From Selaginella moellendorffii (Eukaryota; Plantae; Lycopodiophyta): a stretch of 64,000 nt of DNA. Below are positions 37,710 through 50,112 of this stretch, piece by piece (position 1 is the stretch's first letter; each line of letters starts with the position of its first letter). The stretch is from assembly GCF_000143415.4 (NCBI RefSeq), contig NW_003314307.1, positions 630,859 through 694,858 on the forward strand, written 5' to 3'. Both the position numbers and the translations under genes were made by a program. Below the pieces are notes generated by a model. The model was not told where the DNA came from. It was given only the letters and a program-made list of their open reading frames with translations, and made no database searches.

Positions 37710-39005
37710 TCAAGTTGAGGACTCGCACACTGCTCGGAAGAGCGACGAGTCGAGCTGATCGTAGGACCACTCGCCGTTGCACACCAGCGAGCTCGCCATC
37801 TTTCCAATCTCGTCAGAGGACTTTGCCGAGGCTCCACAGCCGAAAGCCGCGAGGAACACCTCGTCCGAGAGCTTGTCCATGTAAGGATAGTTGCGGGCCG
37901 CGTAGGAGACGACGCACGGCTTCGTCTTCACGCTCTTCACTCTCAGCCCCGGAACAAGCTCCCGCAGCAGCACCTCGAGCAGAGCATCTGTCTCGACTTT
38001 GCAGCCTGCGCCGCGGAACCACTCGAGAAACTCTTCCTCCGTGGAGACGATCTTGGGCTGCCAAGTAGTGCCTCCAATCTTGACGTATGTTCTCCCGTCT
38101 GGATACTGGATCGGAGGACATCCATACACGGAATGAAGCACCGGGTTGGACTTGAGCCGCCATATGAAGCACGGCATTCCATCCAGCCTCTTCACTTCAT
38201 CGCCATCGATCTCCGCTAGCACCACTGACACGGCTCTGATCTTCACCACGAGCTGCAAGCTTTTCGGCAGAAGAAAGTTTGTGTAGGCTCCAGTGCAAAT
38301 CAAGACTCTGGCAGCTAGAAAACTCGTCCCTCGTCTGGTTGAGATCTTCACACCACCACCCTCTCCAAGTCGCTCGATGCTCGTCACGGTTTCCTGGACG
38401 AGCCGGATCCCATTTTCTCTGGCGATGGCGAGCTGAGCTCTCACCATCTCTCTCGGGTTCACGTAGCCAGCACCACCGTTCTCGACCACCGCAACATCCT
38501 CGTCTCCAAATCCAAAGTAAGGAAACCGAGAGCTTGCATCGTCCGCCACCTCTGCCTCGGCACCGTTTTGGAGCCCAACCTCAAGTGATCTTGCGAGGCT
38601 ATCCCCGGCACCACCGTAAAATGGAGAGACTCTGAGAAACCCGACGCGTCCGTGAAAAGAAATGCCGCTCTTGGTCTCTACTTCTGGATAGTTGGAAATG
38701 GATTTGGCCGCGAGGTGAGACCAGACGGCATCAGGATCCACAACTCGAGTGATGCGTCCCTGGTCGTAGTGAGACGAGAAAACCGTGGGAAAACTACAAT
38801 TGGAGCCAGTACCTGGAGTGCTCTCGGCCTCGCCAATACCGATTATGGTGCTCGGATCCGGCGAAGACATTGAGAGATGACGACACGCTGCCGACCCGAT
38901 ACAGCCCAAGCCCACAACTGCGATAGAGTAGTGCTTGGCCGCCATATCCAGCATTATTAGATTAGGGCACATTTTAAAAATTTCATATTGTTTAGCTGGA
39001 GGCAT
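37710..39005 (-). CDS. Intronless FAD-dependent oxidoreductase (DAO/sarcosine oxidase superfamily); start may be at 38945
   Basis: VVGLGCIGSAA dinucleotide-binding motif, FSSHYDQGRITR, AGYVNPR, VLICTGAYTN, GCGASAKSSDEIG. Confidence 0.9.
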   Translation of the reverse strand: MPPAKQYEIFKMCPNLIMLDMAAKHYSIAVVGLGCIGSAACRHLSMSSPDPSTIIGIGEAESTPGTGSNCSFPTVFSSHYDQGRITRVVDPDAVWSHLAAKSISNYPEVETKSGISFHGRVGFLRVSPFYGGAGDSLARSLEVGLQNGAEAEVADDASSRFPYFGFGDEDVAVVENGGAGYVNPREMVRAQLAIARENGIRLVQETVTSIERLGEGGGVKISTRRGTSFLAARVLICTGAYTNFLLPKSLQLVVKIRAVSVVLAEIDGDEVKRLDGMPCFIWRLKSNPVLHSVYGCPPIQYPDGRTYVKIGGTTWQPKIVSTEEEFLEWFRGAGCKVETDALLEVLLRELVPGLRVKSVKTKPCVVSYAARNYPYMDKLSDEVFLAAFGCGASAKSSDEIGKMASSLVCNGEWSYDQLDSSLFRAVCESST

Positions 39006-39368
39006 AATCCAAGCTTCTCTAATGTCTTTGCTTGAGATGTAAGTTTAGCAAAAGTATAGAAAGATGAGAACCTCAAGGAAAATTTTAAGAATTGAGGTGG
39101 CTGTAGAAATAAAAGCACTAATTTAGTGGAAAAAAGTTAGCAAAGTTTAAAAAGTGAATATAATAGGTTAAGGGTAATTTAAAAGTTCATTATTTGGTGC
39201 AGAAAAAACCCATCAAAGTGTACAACACTCATCACCCAACATACATATAAAAATCGAATGTTCCAATTCAAATAACTCTTGACATTTTCCACCAAAGACT
39301 TTTGTACAAACTAGTGTAATTAACATTGATTTGGACTACTCAACCCATAGATAAATGCAAAGAACACC

Positions 39369-40450
39369 ATGACCATACAATCCATTGGTAATCTTGTGGC
39401 ATTTTAGTTTTATCTTTTTTGATATGGCATATGCAAATAACTTCAAGAGTAATTCTGCTTCTCTATTAAAGCTGGTGGATGATCCATTTGGATCTTTTAC
39501 AAATTGGAGTTCAACTAGAGAAATCTGCCAGTGGGAAGGTGTAATTTGTTCTAGAAATGGTCGAGTTTTTGGTCTCCAGCTTCATTCCCTTCAATTTTCA
39601 GGCTTAGCTCTCACTTCCATTATATTAAACATACCTTCCCTTCGCACCTAATTTGCATATGGCCTACCTACATCTATTGTGACATCCTTCTAGACTAAAG
39701 CTCCTCTAATCTCATCCTTTCAATTCTCCTTTTCAAGTTAGATTAAATTTAAAATTCAATTACACTAACTTCATGTTTTAGACAGCACTTTTAAAGATCA
39801 AAACTTCTCCAGCATAATTCCATGCTTGCTAGAAGCTATAGATATATCAGGCAATCGAAATATGTCCTCCAGCCTTGATCTTCTTCAAACTCTAATGAGG
39901 GCATGCAAAATTATGAAGTTCTCAAACAATCAAGTTGGTGGAGAGCTTTTCCATGGATTTTTTGCTGTGATTGGAATTAAGCGGGAGGTTTTGGATCTTT
40001 CATCTAACCAACTAACTGGCAATTTATCTACTGTGTTCTTTATGAGATGCAAGGGCCTTAAATCTCTATATCCGTCCAATAATTGGCCTATAATGACGAT
40101 TTAATAGGCCTCAGACTGGACCATAACTTGCTATCAGGGAAAATTCCAGCTGAGCTCGGGGAGTTTAGGAGAATGGTGATTTTAGATCTCCCACACAACA
40201 AGTTCCAAAAAGAGAACCACAAACTTTCTTGCTTCCTGAGCACTTTAAACCTTTCATTCAACAACTTATCGGTCTTGGATCAAAAATTTACGAGGGAAAC
40301 ATACACTTATGTGGGCTTCCATGCAATCACACAAAAGTTCCCAGTGATTTCCAGAGGAATGTAAAAGGTGGCGGTGATGGAGTTGGGTTTCTCATGTTCG
40401 TATTTGGATTTGGCTTTGTTGTGAGCTGCGCAATGGCCATATCTGTATGA
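39369..40450 (+). pseudogene. Pseudogene paralogue of the LRR-RLP at 51874
   Basis: Fragments ICQWEGVICS, LEAIDISGNRNMSSS, LDLPHN and GFLMFVFGFGFVVS are collinear with the 695-aa RLP. Stops, frameshifts and a large internal deletion. Confidence 0.85.
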
Positions 40451-40512
40451 TCAAGAGAGACACTTATTACGTAAAAGTCTTTACACTCTCCGGTTACGCT
40501 TGGATCGATCGA

Positions 40513-42274
40513 TCACGCCAAGCTCATGGAAATGGACGCAGCGTGAGCACGTAAGACGCCGTTTACTTGCTCGATTGCAGCGCGAAGCCTCGCTTGCTTG
40601 GCCCACTCCATCACCAAACTTTGAGCTTCCGTGCCCTCCACACTCTGCTCCAAAACCACCGCTGCCTCCACTAATTTGCCGTCTTTCATCAAGCTCTCCA
40701 CTTGATCAAGCACGGATTCAATGCCCCCATCGTCAGGGTTGTCTTCTTTCACCTGTCCAACTCCAGTGTGTGAAAAAGAGAGGAAAGACCAAACGCAAAA
40801 GTAGATAGAGAAGCATACCTTGAGATTCGAAGCACCGCGAGCAATCAAATGTGACACTGCTCCACCTCCAGTGGAAGGAATGAGAATCAGCTCACGGAGC
40901 TTTGGCTTCGACTCCACAAACTACAAAAATAGGAATGTAAACGTAAAAAGTAAGCCATAAGGGGTCAGAAAGGAGAGATTTCTTTTATATACGTACACTG
41001 TTTTGAAGCTGTAAAGGTCTTAACGACCCTCCTTTGAGGGCCTCCTCCGGTAACGAGGAAATGGCAGCATCGATCAAAGAATCTCCTCCTCGCAAGAATT
41101 CCACCTCCTTCTCTAGAGGCTCTCCATTGAGCATGGCGTTCTCAAACGCAAACACACCCTGTGACATCCATCTATACTCAACTGGTGGCAAAATAAGGGA
41201 GTAAAAAAACAGAACCGAGGGCTGAGGAGGGTTGATTTCGTACCATTACCATAGCAAGCTTCCTCAGTATATAGCTCTTTTCCAAGTCGCTACCACTGAG
41301 GCCTAAAGCCTCTACCTGAAAACTCAAACAAAGTCAAGTTGTGACTTCCTCCTTTGGAAGAAAAGTATCACCTGGCGTTTGAGCTCTGTAATTTCATTCA
41401 CAAGACGAAGTTTATCCTTGCCAGCTTCCTCACTTTGTTTGGATTTCGCGTTGGCACTAGCCTCTTCTTTCTATGCCCACCAACGGACGGAGGATGAGCA
41501 CAAAAAGAAAAAGAAAAAGCTATCGACACCAACCAGAGTTTTGATCTCCTCTTGCAGCTTTGACGCAATCATGTCGGCTTGAGACTTCAATTCTGACGCG
41601 TGCTTGGCTGTTTCATTCTCAAGCTCCTGTAACACACTGTAATTCTGGCTGGTGAAAAACGAAGAAAGAGCAATACCTTTTCCAGTTGCTTAGCACGAGC
41701 TTCACTGTCCGATGCCTTTGTTTGAGCTTCTTTTAATTCTTGCTCATACTTGGCCTGAAAACCATTGTGAGCAGCTACAGCTTGAAAGGCCAGAGATCGT
41801 ACCTCGATCTGCTTCAAGTGATCCTCGTAGGCCTTCTCCACCTCGGCCTTCACATCCCTTGGAGCCTCCTCGTGTGCCCTTGGTTCGTGTTTGGTAGCCT
41901 AGAAAAGCATCACTCATGCTTAGAAGAAGCAGCAAACAGAGAAGACTTCCTACCAATGCTCGCTGCTCCTGGGAAAAGTCATAGTATTCCTTCGCGACTG
42001 TGGCTCCCATCAAACAAATCGATCCCAGGAGGAACTTGTCGATGCCATCCAGCGGCTTCTTGGGCATGAAAGACGCAGTAGACAAGTGCCGCGCGGCCCG
42101 GCATGGATTGGATGAGCCCCTCAGTCCGATCGGCTACACAATCAAGAATTCCATCCCTGTCAACGCAGCCCCGATCGATCGACCAGTAATCCATCCACAT
42201 ACCAGGAATTGTTGCGCGTTGCCGCCACCGACGATCGCTGCTCGCCTCCAGCCGCGCGCGACGAGAGCGCTCAT
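40513..42274 (-). CDS. MIC60: MICOS subunit Mic60 (mitofilin), multi-exon
   Basis: Presequence-like MSALVARGWRRAA, a single hydrophobic segment, coiled-coil exons, and mitofilin C-terminus GIESVLDQVESLMKDGKLVEAA..EWAKQARLRAAIEQ. Confidence 0.85.
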
Positions 42275-42992
42275 CGCAAACTAGGGTAGCCTGCGACCTG
42301 GCATAGCTAAAATAGGGCAAGCACACCTTCGTCTGTTTCATGTGAAAATTTCGCGGTGAAAATTTTCCACCTTACTTGGAAGGGGCAAATTTGTCACAAT
42401 CTTTGCTTTCCAAGATGGGGGCAGTTACCAGGGAAGTTGCCAACCATCTTGGGCCGTCCATTGGGTCAGATCGACGGACAGCATCAGCCTGCCGTTCAGC
42501 CCTTTAGGTCTGGCTGTACGCGGCGCATCGCCGCCGTCCAAGGCGGGAGACCGACGGCCACGATTCGCCCCAGACCTATCCTTACGACCTGGCTTTGGCT
42601 CGACGGTCCTGATAAGACGGCCCAAACTGGAAACCGAGGGTTTCCGAGAGTTTAGGGTTTGAGGGCGATCGATCGATCGAATGCCACACGCCGCTCGACG
42701 CCGCTTGCGCGGATCTATGCCGCCGTGTTCTTCTCGCGGCCGACGCCTCACATTTTGGTACGCTCCCAGATTTTGATTCCCCCCCTTTCTCCTTCTCTGA
42801 GCTCTTGTAAGATTTCCCTCGGAATTTTTCTCCTCTCTCCCCTCTCGCTGCTCCTCCTGTATGTATAGAGTGGTGGAGCTCTCTTTCTCGTGTACAGCCG
42901 CTGTAAATACTAGTCCCTCGAAGAGCAAGCTGGATTTCTATCCCCCCCGGAGCCTCGGCAATGCCGAGCAAATCCTAGAGAGTTTGGGAGAG

Positions 42993-43622
42993 ATGAACGA
43001 GCGGTGGCGCGTCCGGTCGGGGATCCATGTAGATAGCAAAGTCAACGAAGAGTTAGTGTGTCCCAAGCCCAGAAGGCCGGCTACCGTGGTCTCTTGCTTC
43101 TCTCCGGAGCCTCTCAAGCCCCATCCTTCCACTCGAATGCACTGCGGGTACGATGGAGGAACTTTCTCTTCTTCTCTCTCGTCCTTGGTGCTAACTCTTC
43201 TCTTGTTTTTTCTTTCGTTTCTAGTGACGGGGATGTGGGCTTTGAGATCCTTGACATTTTTCTGAGGAAGGTAAGCGAAGATTGGTTTGTTCGATCTAGA
43301 GAGTTGGGCTTGGTCGCTGACACACAGCTCTGGTTTTGTTTCTCTATGCCAGGCCTCCTCCGGGGAATCATCAAATTTTTGTTGTTCTCCACCATATTTT
43401 TGTGGCTCGCCACCGAGCCGAGCAGGCAACCCACTTATACATGATGTACAGTTTACACACCAGCGCAGCAACGCCGCCGCCACCGCGGCCGCGTCTCCTC
43501 TGATATGCTCCCAGCAGCAAAAGAGTGTCCGCGAGCCGGCCCGAGCGTCCAAGCCTCCGGTCCGAGTGGAAGGATTCGTTCCATCCGGTCCGGACTCGAG
43601 GAGCGTCTCGGCGCTGGCATAG
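42993..43622 (+). CDS. Conserved uncharacterised plant protein, 3 exons
   Basis: Motifs VCPKPRR, EILDIFLRK, YFCGSPPSRAGNPLIHD and VRVEGF, recognised from a widespread plant family. GT-AG introns. Confidence 0.8.
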
Positions 43623-44298
43623 TGGGGGAGCTGCGCGTTATTTTTCCTCTTCGTCCTCAAATTTTCCATCGCCCAAGTTACTACTTCAGGCAAGCTGGTG
43701 ATTTTGGCAAAGTTCTTTCGTTTTCATCTCTCCTCCTCCATCGTCACAACTCACAAGGAGGTTGTATACTTTTTTCTCTCGTAAGCTGGCGAGAGAGATC
43801 TTGCGCTGCTGCTAGCACAGGTGTTTCAACCAAATAAGAACGAGGATCATCGTTCCAGCGAAAGCAAGCACTCTCCTCCGGCAAAGAGCCTCGGATTATC
43901 ATCGTCATCGTCTCTTTTCTCCATTTGGTTTCGTCGCCCCTCTTCTCTTGTACACAAGAAATCTAGTGAGTGCCTCTCCTTCTCCCTTCTCGATTCTCGA
44001 TCGGTTAAGTCGGTTGAGAACAAGAAAAAATTTTCCCCTTTCCCCTTCGCTTCTCGGCAGAGCCTGTTGTACATATATATTTCAAGCTGATCCCCTTGTA
44101 AACTTTTGTAATCTTTGAAATAGTTTTTCCAATCAATCAAAAAGCTTTGGTGTACTTTGAAAAAGAAGGAATTGGTTGGAGGAGGCGCGATGGATTCGTG
44201 TGCGCCGACGCGTCCCGCGTGTGTTGTCTTTGTCGGGAATCATACCTTCCCCCTTTGACCAGACCAGTCAACCTTTGACCAGAAAAGTCAAAGGAGCC

Positions 44299-46343
44299 CT
44301 AATTTCTGCTCAAGAACCCTAGAAACTCGTCGTTCTCGTAGCTGTTGGCCATGAGGACGTACGCCGGGGATCCTCGATCGTCGAGCGCCAGGAGCCCCTC
44401 AAACGCGATCTTCCCGACGCGCACATTGCCCCATTTCCTACACGAGCTCAACAGCGACGTCCACAGCCTTACATTGCCCCCGTGCGGCATCTCCTCCACC
44501 ATCGCCATGGCCTCGCCCAGCTGATTCGCGCGCCCCAGCACATCCACCATGCAGTTGTAGTGCTCCACGCTGGGATCCACCCCGAACCGCGGCGATCGCA
44601 TCAGCGCAAAGTAGAATCTGGCTCGATCCACGAGGCCCGCGTGGCCGCAGGCCGAGAGGATCGAGAGGAACGTCACTCCATCCGGGCGGACTCCACTGTT
44701 CTTGGCGCCCATGTCGTCGAAGAGCTGGAAGCAGCGATCGAAGTCCCCCTGATCGGCGTACCCGGCGATGAGAGCGTTCCAGGCGACGAGATCGCGGCGG
44801 GGCATGGAATCAAACACCCGGCGTGCCTCGCCCATGCTGCCACACTTGGCGTAGAAATCCAGCACGCACGTCTCCAGGATCGAGTGCGCGGCCAGATCGT
44901 CCCGCGCCGCGATCTCCTCGTGGAGCTTCCGCCCCCGCTCCAGATCCGCCAGCGCTCCACACGCCTTGAGCGCCGCGATGTAAGCGCCCGAGTCGGGCAC
45001 CAACCCGGCGTCCTCGCGCATCGTACGAAAGAGACGCAGCGCGAGCCCGGCGTCGCCATTTTCGGCATATGCCAGCACCATGGTCGCCCACGTCACCACG
45101 TTGCGGTCTACCATGGCGTCGAATATCCGCCGCGCGTCTGCCGCGGTGCCGCACTTGCCGTACATATCGATGAGCGCGTTGGCCACGAAGACGCTGGACT
45201 GGAATCCGTCGCTGGCAGCTCGAGCGTGGAGGTAGAAGCCCCTCTCGAGCGCTCCAGCTTTGAAAACTCTGGTTTTTCTTCCAGCGATCTTGAGCTTAGT
45301 GCTACCATCTTCGATCATTCTGGAGCTACCATCGCTGTTATCCTGAATCTCGGTGCTACCATCGTTGTTACCATCTTTGATCTTGGTGCCACCCTCGCTG
45401 CTGGTGCTACCATCTACGACATCTAAGAGCTTTCCATCTTCTCTCGACGCGAAGCTCGCGCAAGCCTTGATCGCAGCGGTGTAGCTCCGACCATCCGGCC
45501 GGAATCCCTCACTTTCCATCCGCTGGAAGAGATCCAGCGCCTCCTGACCATCGCCACTCTCGGCGTATCCCATCATCAGCGTGTTCCACGAGATCACGCA
45601 GTGGCAGCTCCGATCAAACACCCTCCTCGCGTCGGCCATGCTCGAGCACTTCCCATACATGTCCACCAGCGTATTCGCGACGTAGACGTTGGATTCCAGC
45701 CCATAGCAGCACGCCTGCGAGTGTAGAGCCATCCCTCTCTCCAGGAGCTTGCTCTTGACATTGTCCTCGCCAATCTGGCGATCCTCCTCTTCCAGTGCCA
45801 GGATCGCGCAAGCTCGCAGTGCCGCCACGAAAGTCCGGCCATCCGGTCGAAATCCCTCGTCTAGCATCCGCTGGAAGAGCTCGAGCGCGACGCGAGGCTC
45901 GCCGCAATCGGCGTAGCCGGCGATGATCGCGTTCCAGGACACCACCGTGGAGGAGCGCGCAGTGGCAGTGATCTCGAAGAGTTGCCGAGCTTCGCCGACG
46001 CTACCACACTTGGCGTACATGTCGATCAGGGTGTTCACCACGAAAATATTTGCCATCTCTCGCGAATCACTGAGCTCGCGGTGGATTGTCCGCCCGGCTT
46101 CCAGATATCTGGAGCTGCTGCACAGCTTGAGCGCTGCCAGAGTGATTGGCACGCTGGGCGTGGCTCCATCCCTCCTGATTCTCTCATAGATCTTCAACGC
46201 ATCGGTAGAACTTCCCTGGAAAGAATGGAGTCTTTGATGATTTCCACTCTAGAATCGCGCATTACCTTCTTGGTTCCTCCTCCCGCGGACTGTGCGCATT
46301 CCCTGCTGTGGAGAGCTGGCGATAATCTCGCGAGCAGCAGCAT
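44299..46343 (-). CDS. PLS-class PPR protein with E-type extension; probable first exon 46343-46266
   Basis: Repeated NTLIDMYAKCG / VVSWNAIIAGYA / PDGRTFVAALRAC, then HYNCMVDVLGRA, WTSLLSSCR and AYVLMAN. No DYW domain. A 50-nt intron joins MLLLARLSPA.. in frame. Confidence 0.92.
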
Positions 46344-46542
46344 GAGTGGCGCTTTCCCGCATTCTTCCTCTTCCCCAGCTTAAGATTTTCTAGGGCACAA
46401 ATATTCGAGTATATTCTAGAACAATAGAATATTTTGCGAACCTAAAAGGATTTTTTTTGTCAGATAGAATAATATTTATGCTGTACTTAAAGGTAAAGCA
46501 TTAATAATTTAAAGTCTTCCCACCACCTTGAATTATATTTCC

Positions 46543-46906
46543 TCAATACACATTACATTCCCTTGTGATCACCACCCAGAGACCCATAGGTGATCCCAAA
46601 AGCCCTCAACACAATCTCTACCCGGCCGTACCACCTCTCTCCATCTCACATACGGTGTACCAAATGGATCGTTGTACGGCAAGAGGGAATGGAGCATATT
46701 CCCCGTGATTGTTTCCTCATATCTGGTCCATCACAAGCAGCTTCACTTGCACCACAACAACACTTCCATCAGTGTGACTGCCCACTCAATTGTGGAGGTT
46801 CTAGTTCTCTAAATATTCTATGATCTTTCCAGCAAGCTCTTTCACCTGTTGAGTGGTGCATGTGGACTCCTTAGTGAGATATCATGAGGAGCTTGTGGAA
46901 ATGCAT
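46543..46906 (-). pseudogene. Pseudogene of the 177-aa secreted protein at 50113-50646
   Basis: gtgatcccaaaagccctcaacacaatctctacc is identical to ~50189-50221. Ends ..RECNVY* versus RECSIY*. Early stop (MHFHKLLMISH*) and deletions. Confidence 0.85.
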
Positions 46907-49900
46907 TGCAAATTTGTAATTACACATGAAGTGAAATATCTCTGGAATTTTTTAAAATTACTTTTGATATTTACAAAGATGGCCTCCTTCACACCTTTCT
47001 TCTTGATTTTTTATTTTTTATTTTTTTTTTGTTTTTCATATAATCTGAACTCTATATACTGATAACAAGAATTACAAGTTCTCAAATCAATAGTTTTGTG
47101 ACAACACAACAAGCGTTTTTGAAAGATTGGTGCTAATTTAATGATGTTTAAAGAGATTTCTTAACTCTGCCAATCTGAACTCTATGTACTGACACAAGAA
47201 TTATAAATTCTCAGATCAATAGTGAAGATTGGTGCTAACTCATAATTTCATCATTTGATGAAGTTTAGAAGAATTTCTTGAGATTTTCCACATTGTGTGA
47301 AAAAGGTCTTTTGATCATTACAAGTGGATTTTGTCACAACCTAAAAAACACAATTTAGCTCTATATCATTTCCATATGGCTTTTGACCAAGTTTCAGGAA
47401 AAGGTTTAGCACAAGTTTCAGGATTTTTTGTTTGGTGAGATATTCCTTTCTTTCATGATTTTTGGTGCTGTAGAGACTATTAGCTTAATAAATATTCTAT
47501 TACAAATGAAAACTAAATTATCCTAAAACATCACTTTATTTTAAAATAATTTTTCATAAGCCACAGCTTAAGTCATTTTACAACAGTCTCAGCTAATCAC
47601 AGCAGTTATAGAATTTTATAGCAAATTGTGTTGAGGGCTTTTGGGATCATCTATGTAGTGCAGAGGGATGAGCTCTTGTCTTTGGGTTGGCTACGGAATC
47701 ACTAGAGAATATAATCAGTATTGAGGGACTTGGAAAGTAAAAAAATAAAATATTCTTGCCATACCTTTTTTTACTTTTTCTATTTACTTTTTATATTTTT
47801 AACTCTTTAACTGTAAAAAAGGAAGTGGTTAAAGAGGCATGGCTTACAAACTGAAAGAGATAAACAAAGGACTCAAAGTGGAATAACATTGGAAGCATCC
47901 CACCATGAGTGTATGAAGTGTTGACATATTTCGAGCTTGACATATCTAGGGCTGGACATATTGGGGCCTGGAGATGTGAAACCACATACCATATACTTGA
48001 TCTAATATTTTTATTAGTGGTAAAAACTTAATCAAGGAGAAAAGAAAATCTACATATATGAATGGAATTATATTCCATTTATATTTTCGTTGGATATAAC
48101 AAGATTTTACTTATATTTTCTTTGGATATAACCAGATTTAAAATATGTTATATTACAACTGACTAACCATAGAGAATAATTTCACAACCTAAGAGAAGAG
48201 CCTTGGATTTCCTTCAATTATATATTTCTTCTAAACATGTAACTTCAAAATGGGGCATAGAAGTTTATACATATTTTATATGTAGTGTTAAAGCTTGAAA
48301 GCTTATCTGTATAGTAGGCAAGTTCTGCATTTTAGAAAAAATAAACTAATGCCTCTTCTGCAAAGGCAATGTTGTAAACCATTAGCAAACACCTAGCTTT
48401 AATTAGTTTTGAACTCTTACCTAGAAGTCAAGTGGAATCTCTAAAATGGGAGTTGAGCAAGCAATACGTACAAATGCATGCTGTTCTGTTTCATATCTTT
48501 TGCACATGGGCCCATGTGAGGTTGATTTGATGCCTAGGTGGCACCCCTTGTAACATCAGACACTTATGTAATTCTAGATGACAAACAAGAGAGGTTCAAA
48601 GTTCCTACTAGAGTGTGTTGCCATTATGCTCATGCTTGTCAATTTTTGCTATATAAGGCTGTGGTTGGGCTTTTCAAAAAAACATCGATTCAATATTATT
48701 GATGGGGGTTTTTACTTTGGAATATCATTTATGGGTAGCCGTTTCCACTCTGTAGATGGAACAAAGCTGGGAAATATTAGGCATAATAGAGCAAGGATTA
48801 CTACAAGGCAAGGTCAAGGAGGCTTGGCTCTGATCAAGAAATAAAGAAGCTTTGTTAATGCAACAATAGTCCCCATTTTTTATCTGCTCCTAATAAATAT
48901 CTCAATTCCAATCCAGCTTAGTCCTTTTTCATCCCTAATATACATAGAGATTGTCAGCTTGAAATGATAAATAAATTTTTTAAAATAATGTATTTCATAC
49001 CTTTTGCATGGGTCTAGATTTCTCTGATTGTGATGTCAGTTTTTAGGGCTTAGTAGGTTCAAAATTCCCACTAGAATGTGATCCAATGATCAATTTACAA
49101 TATGAAGGCCAGCTCACCTACAAGGAACTTTGTGCTCTTGCATTTAGGGGGAGTAGGAGGTGGAGGTGCGTTGACAAGCACCACACTACCAGCTTCTGAG
49201 AGGACTCTAAACTTCAGCTCACAGGAGACATGGATGTGAAGGAGCTGGATGGCCTTGTGGCCACACTCCATCTAGCATTATTATCTCCTTGGATGACAGA
49301 TCCCTCTTGCTTGAGATTTAAATTGTTTCACTATATCAGTCTTTAGATCTTTCTTGATGTAAGCTACCTTGAATATAAATTCTAAACTTTGAATATGTTT
49401 AAAAATTCAATACTTGTGTTTTAGCTTGTTGATTTGGGGACAAATGTTAGCCCGAGATTATGTCTAGGAGAGTGGAGTTAAAGTTATGCCACAATTTCCT
49501 TTTTGCAGGGCAAATGCTTAAAATCAAGGACCATTGTTGAATTTACAAGAATTTTCCCACTTTAACTTGTAGATTAGTTATAAACACAAGTATATATTGA
49601 TTTATAAATGCTTTGACATGGAATTTTAGTTTTGAAACAGGTTTTACATGGTACTTAGTAGAGAAGTATGAGAGTACCATATGATGGTTTCATCCAGCCC
49701 TAGTAGGCAAAACCATACCATACAAATTAGCTTTTGTGGGGAACATTGCTACTTGAACATTACAACATCAGGAATGACATTCTAGTTTCTTGAGTATCTT
49801 TGACATTTGAAGCTTTGCTAAAACTTGGTGGATAGGACAATTCTTCACCTCAGTGCCTGATGATCAAGCACTGCTAAATGCTGCAGAAGCTGGTGCAACA

Positions 49901-50112
49901 TCACTCCTTCTAGTTGGAGTATCAGCATCGTTGTTGTATGGCCGGGAACAACTACCCCAGAACTGTGAGAACAATTTCTTCTGCATGAGTCAAAGTGGAA
50001 ATGCAAGTACATCTCAGAATGTGCCAAGGAATCAAATATTAGTAATATCTATTTACCTTTAATAAACATGTCTAACTAATTGCTTGGTCTTTGAATAATG
50101 CTCGCAACTTCC

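Noticed and set aside
42938-43693. 251-aa minus-strand ORF
   Set aside because: Antisense to a spliced plus-strand gene with recognisable conserved motifs.
44482-45426. 314-aa plus-strand ORF, and similar shadows over DUF604, MYB and WRKY
   Set aside because: Antisense frames of GC-rich coding regions are often open; no independent evidence of coding.
47040-50060. Short direct repeats (47042/47172; 48080/48112) and possible exon remnants at 48600-50040
   Set aside because: No recognisable product or element structure.
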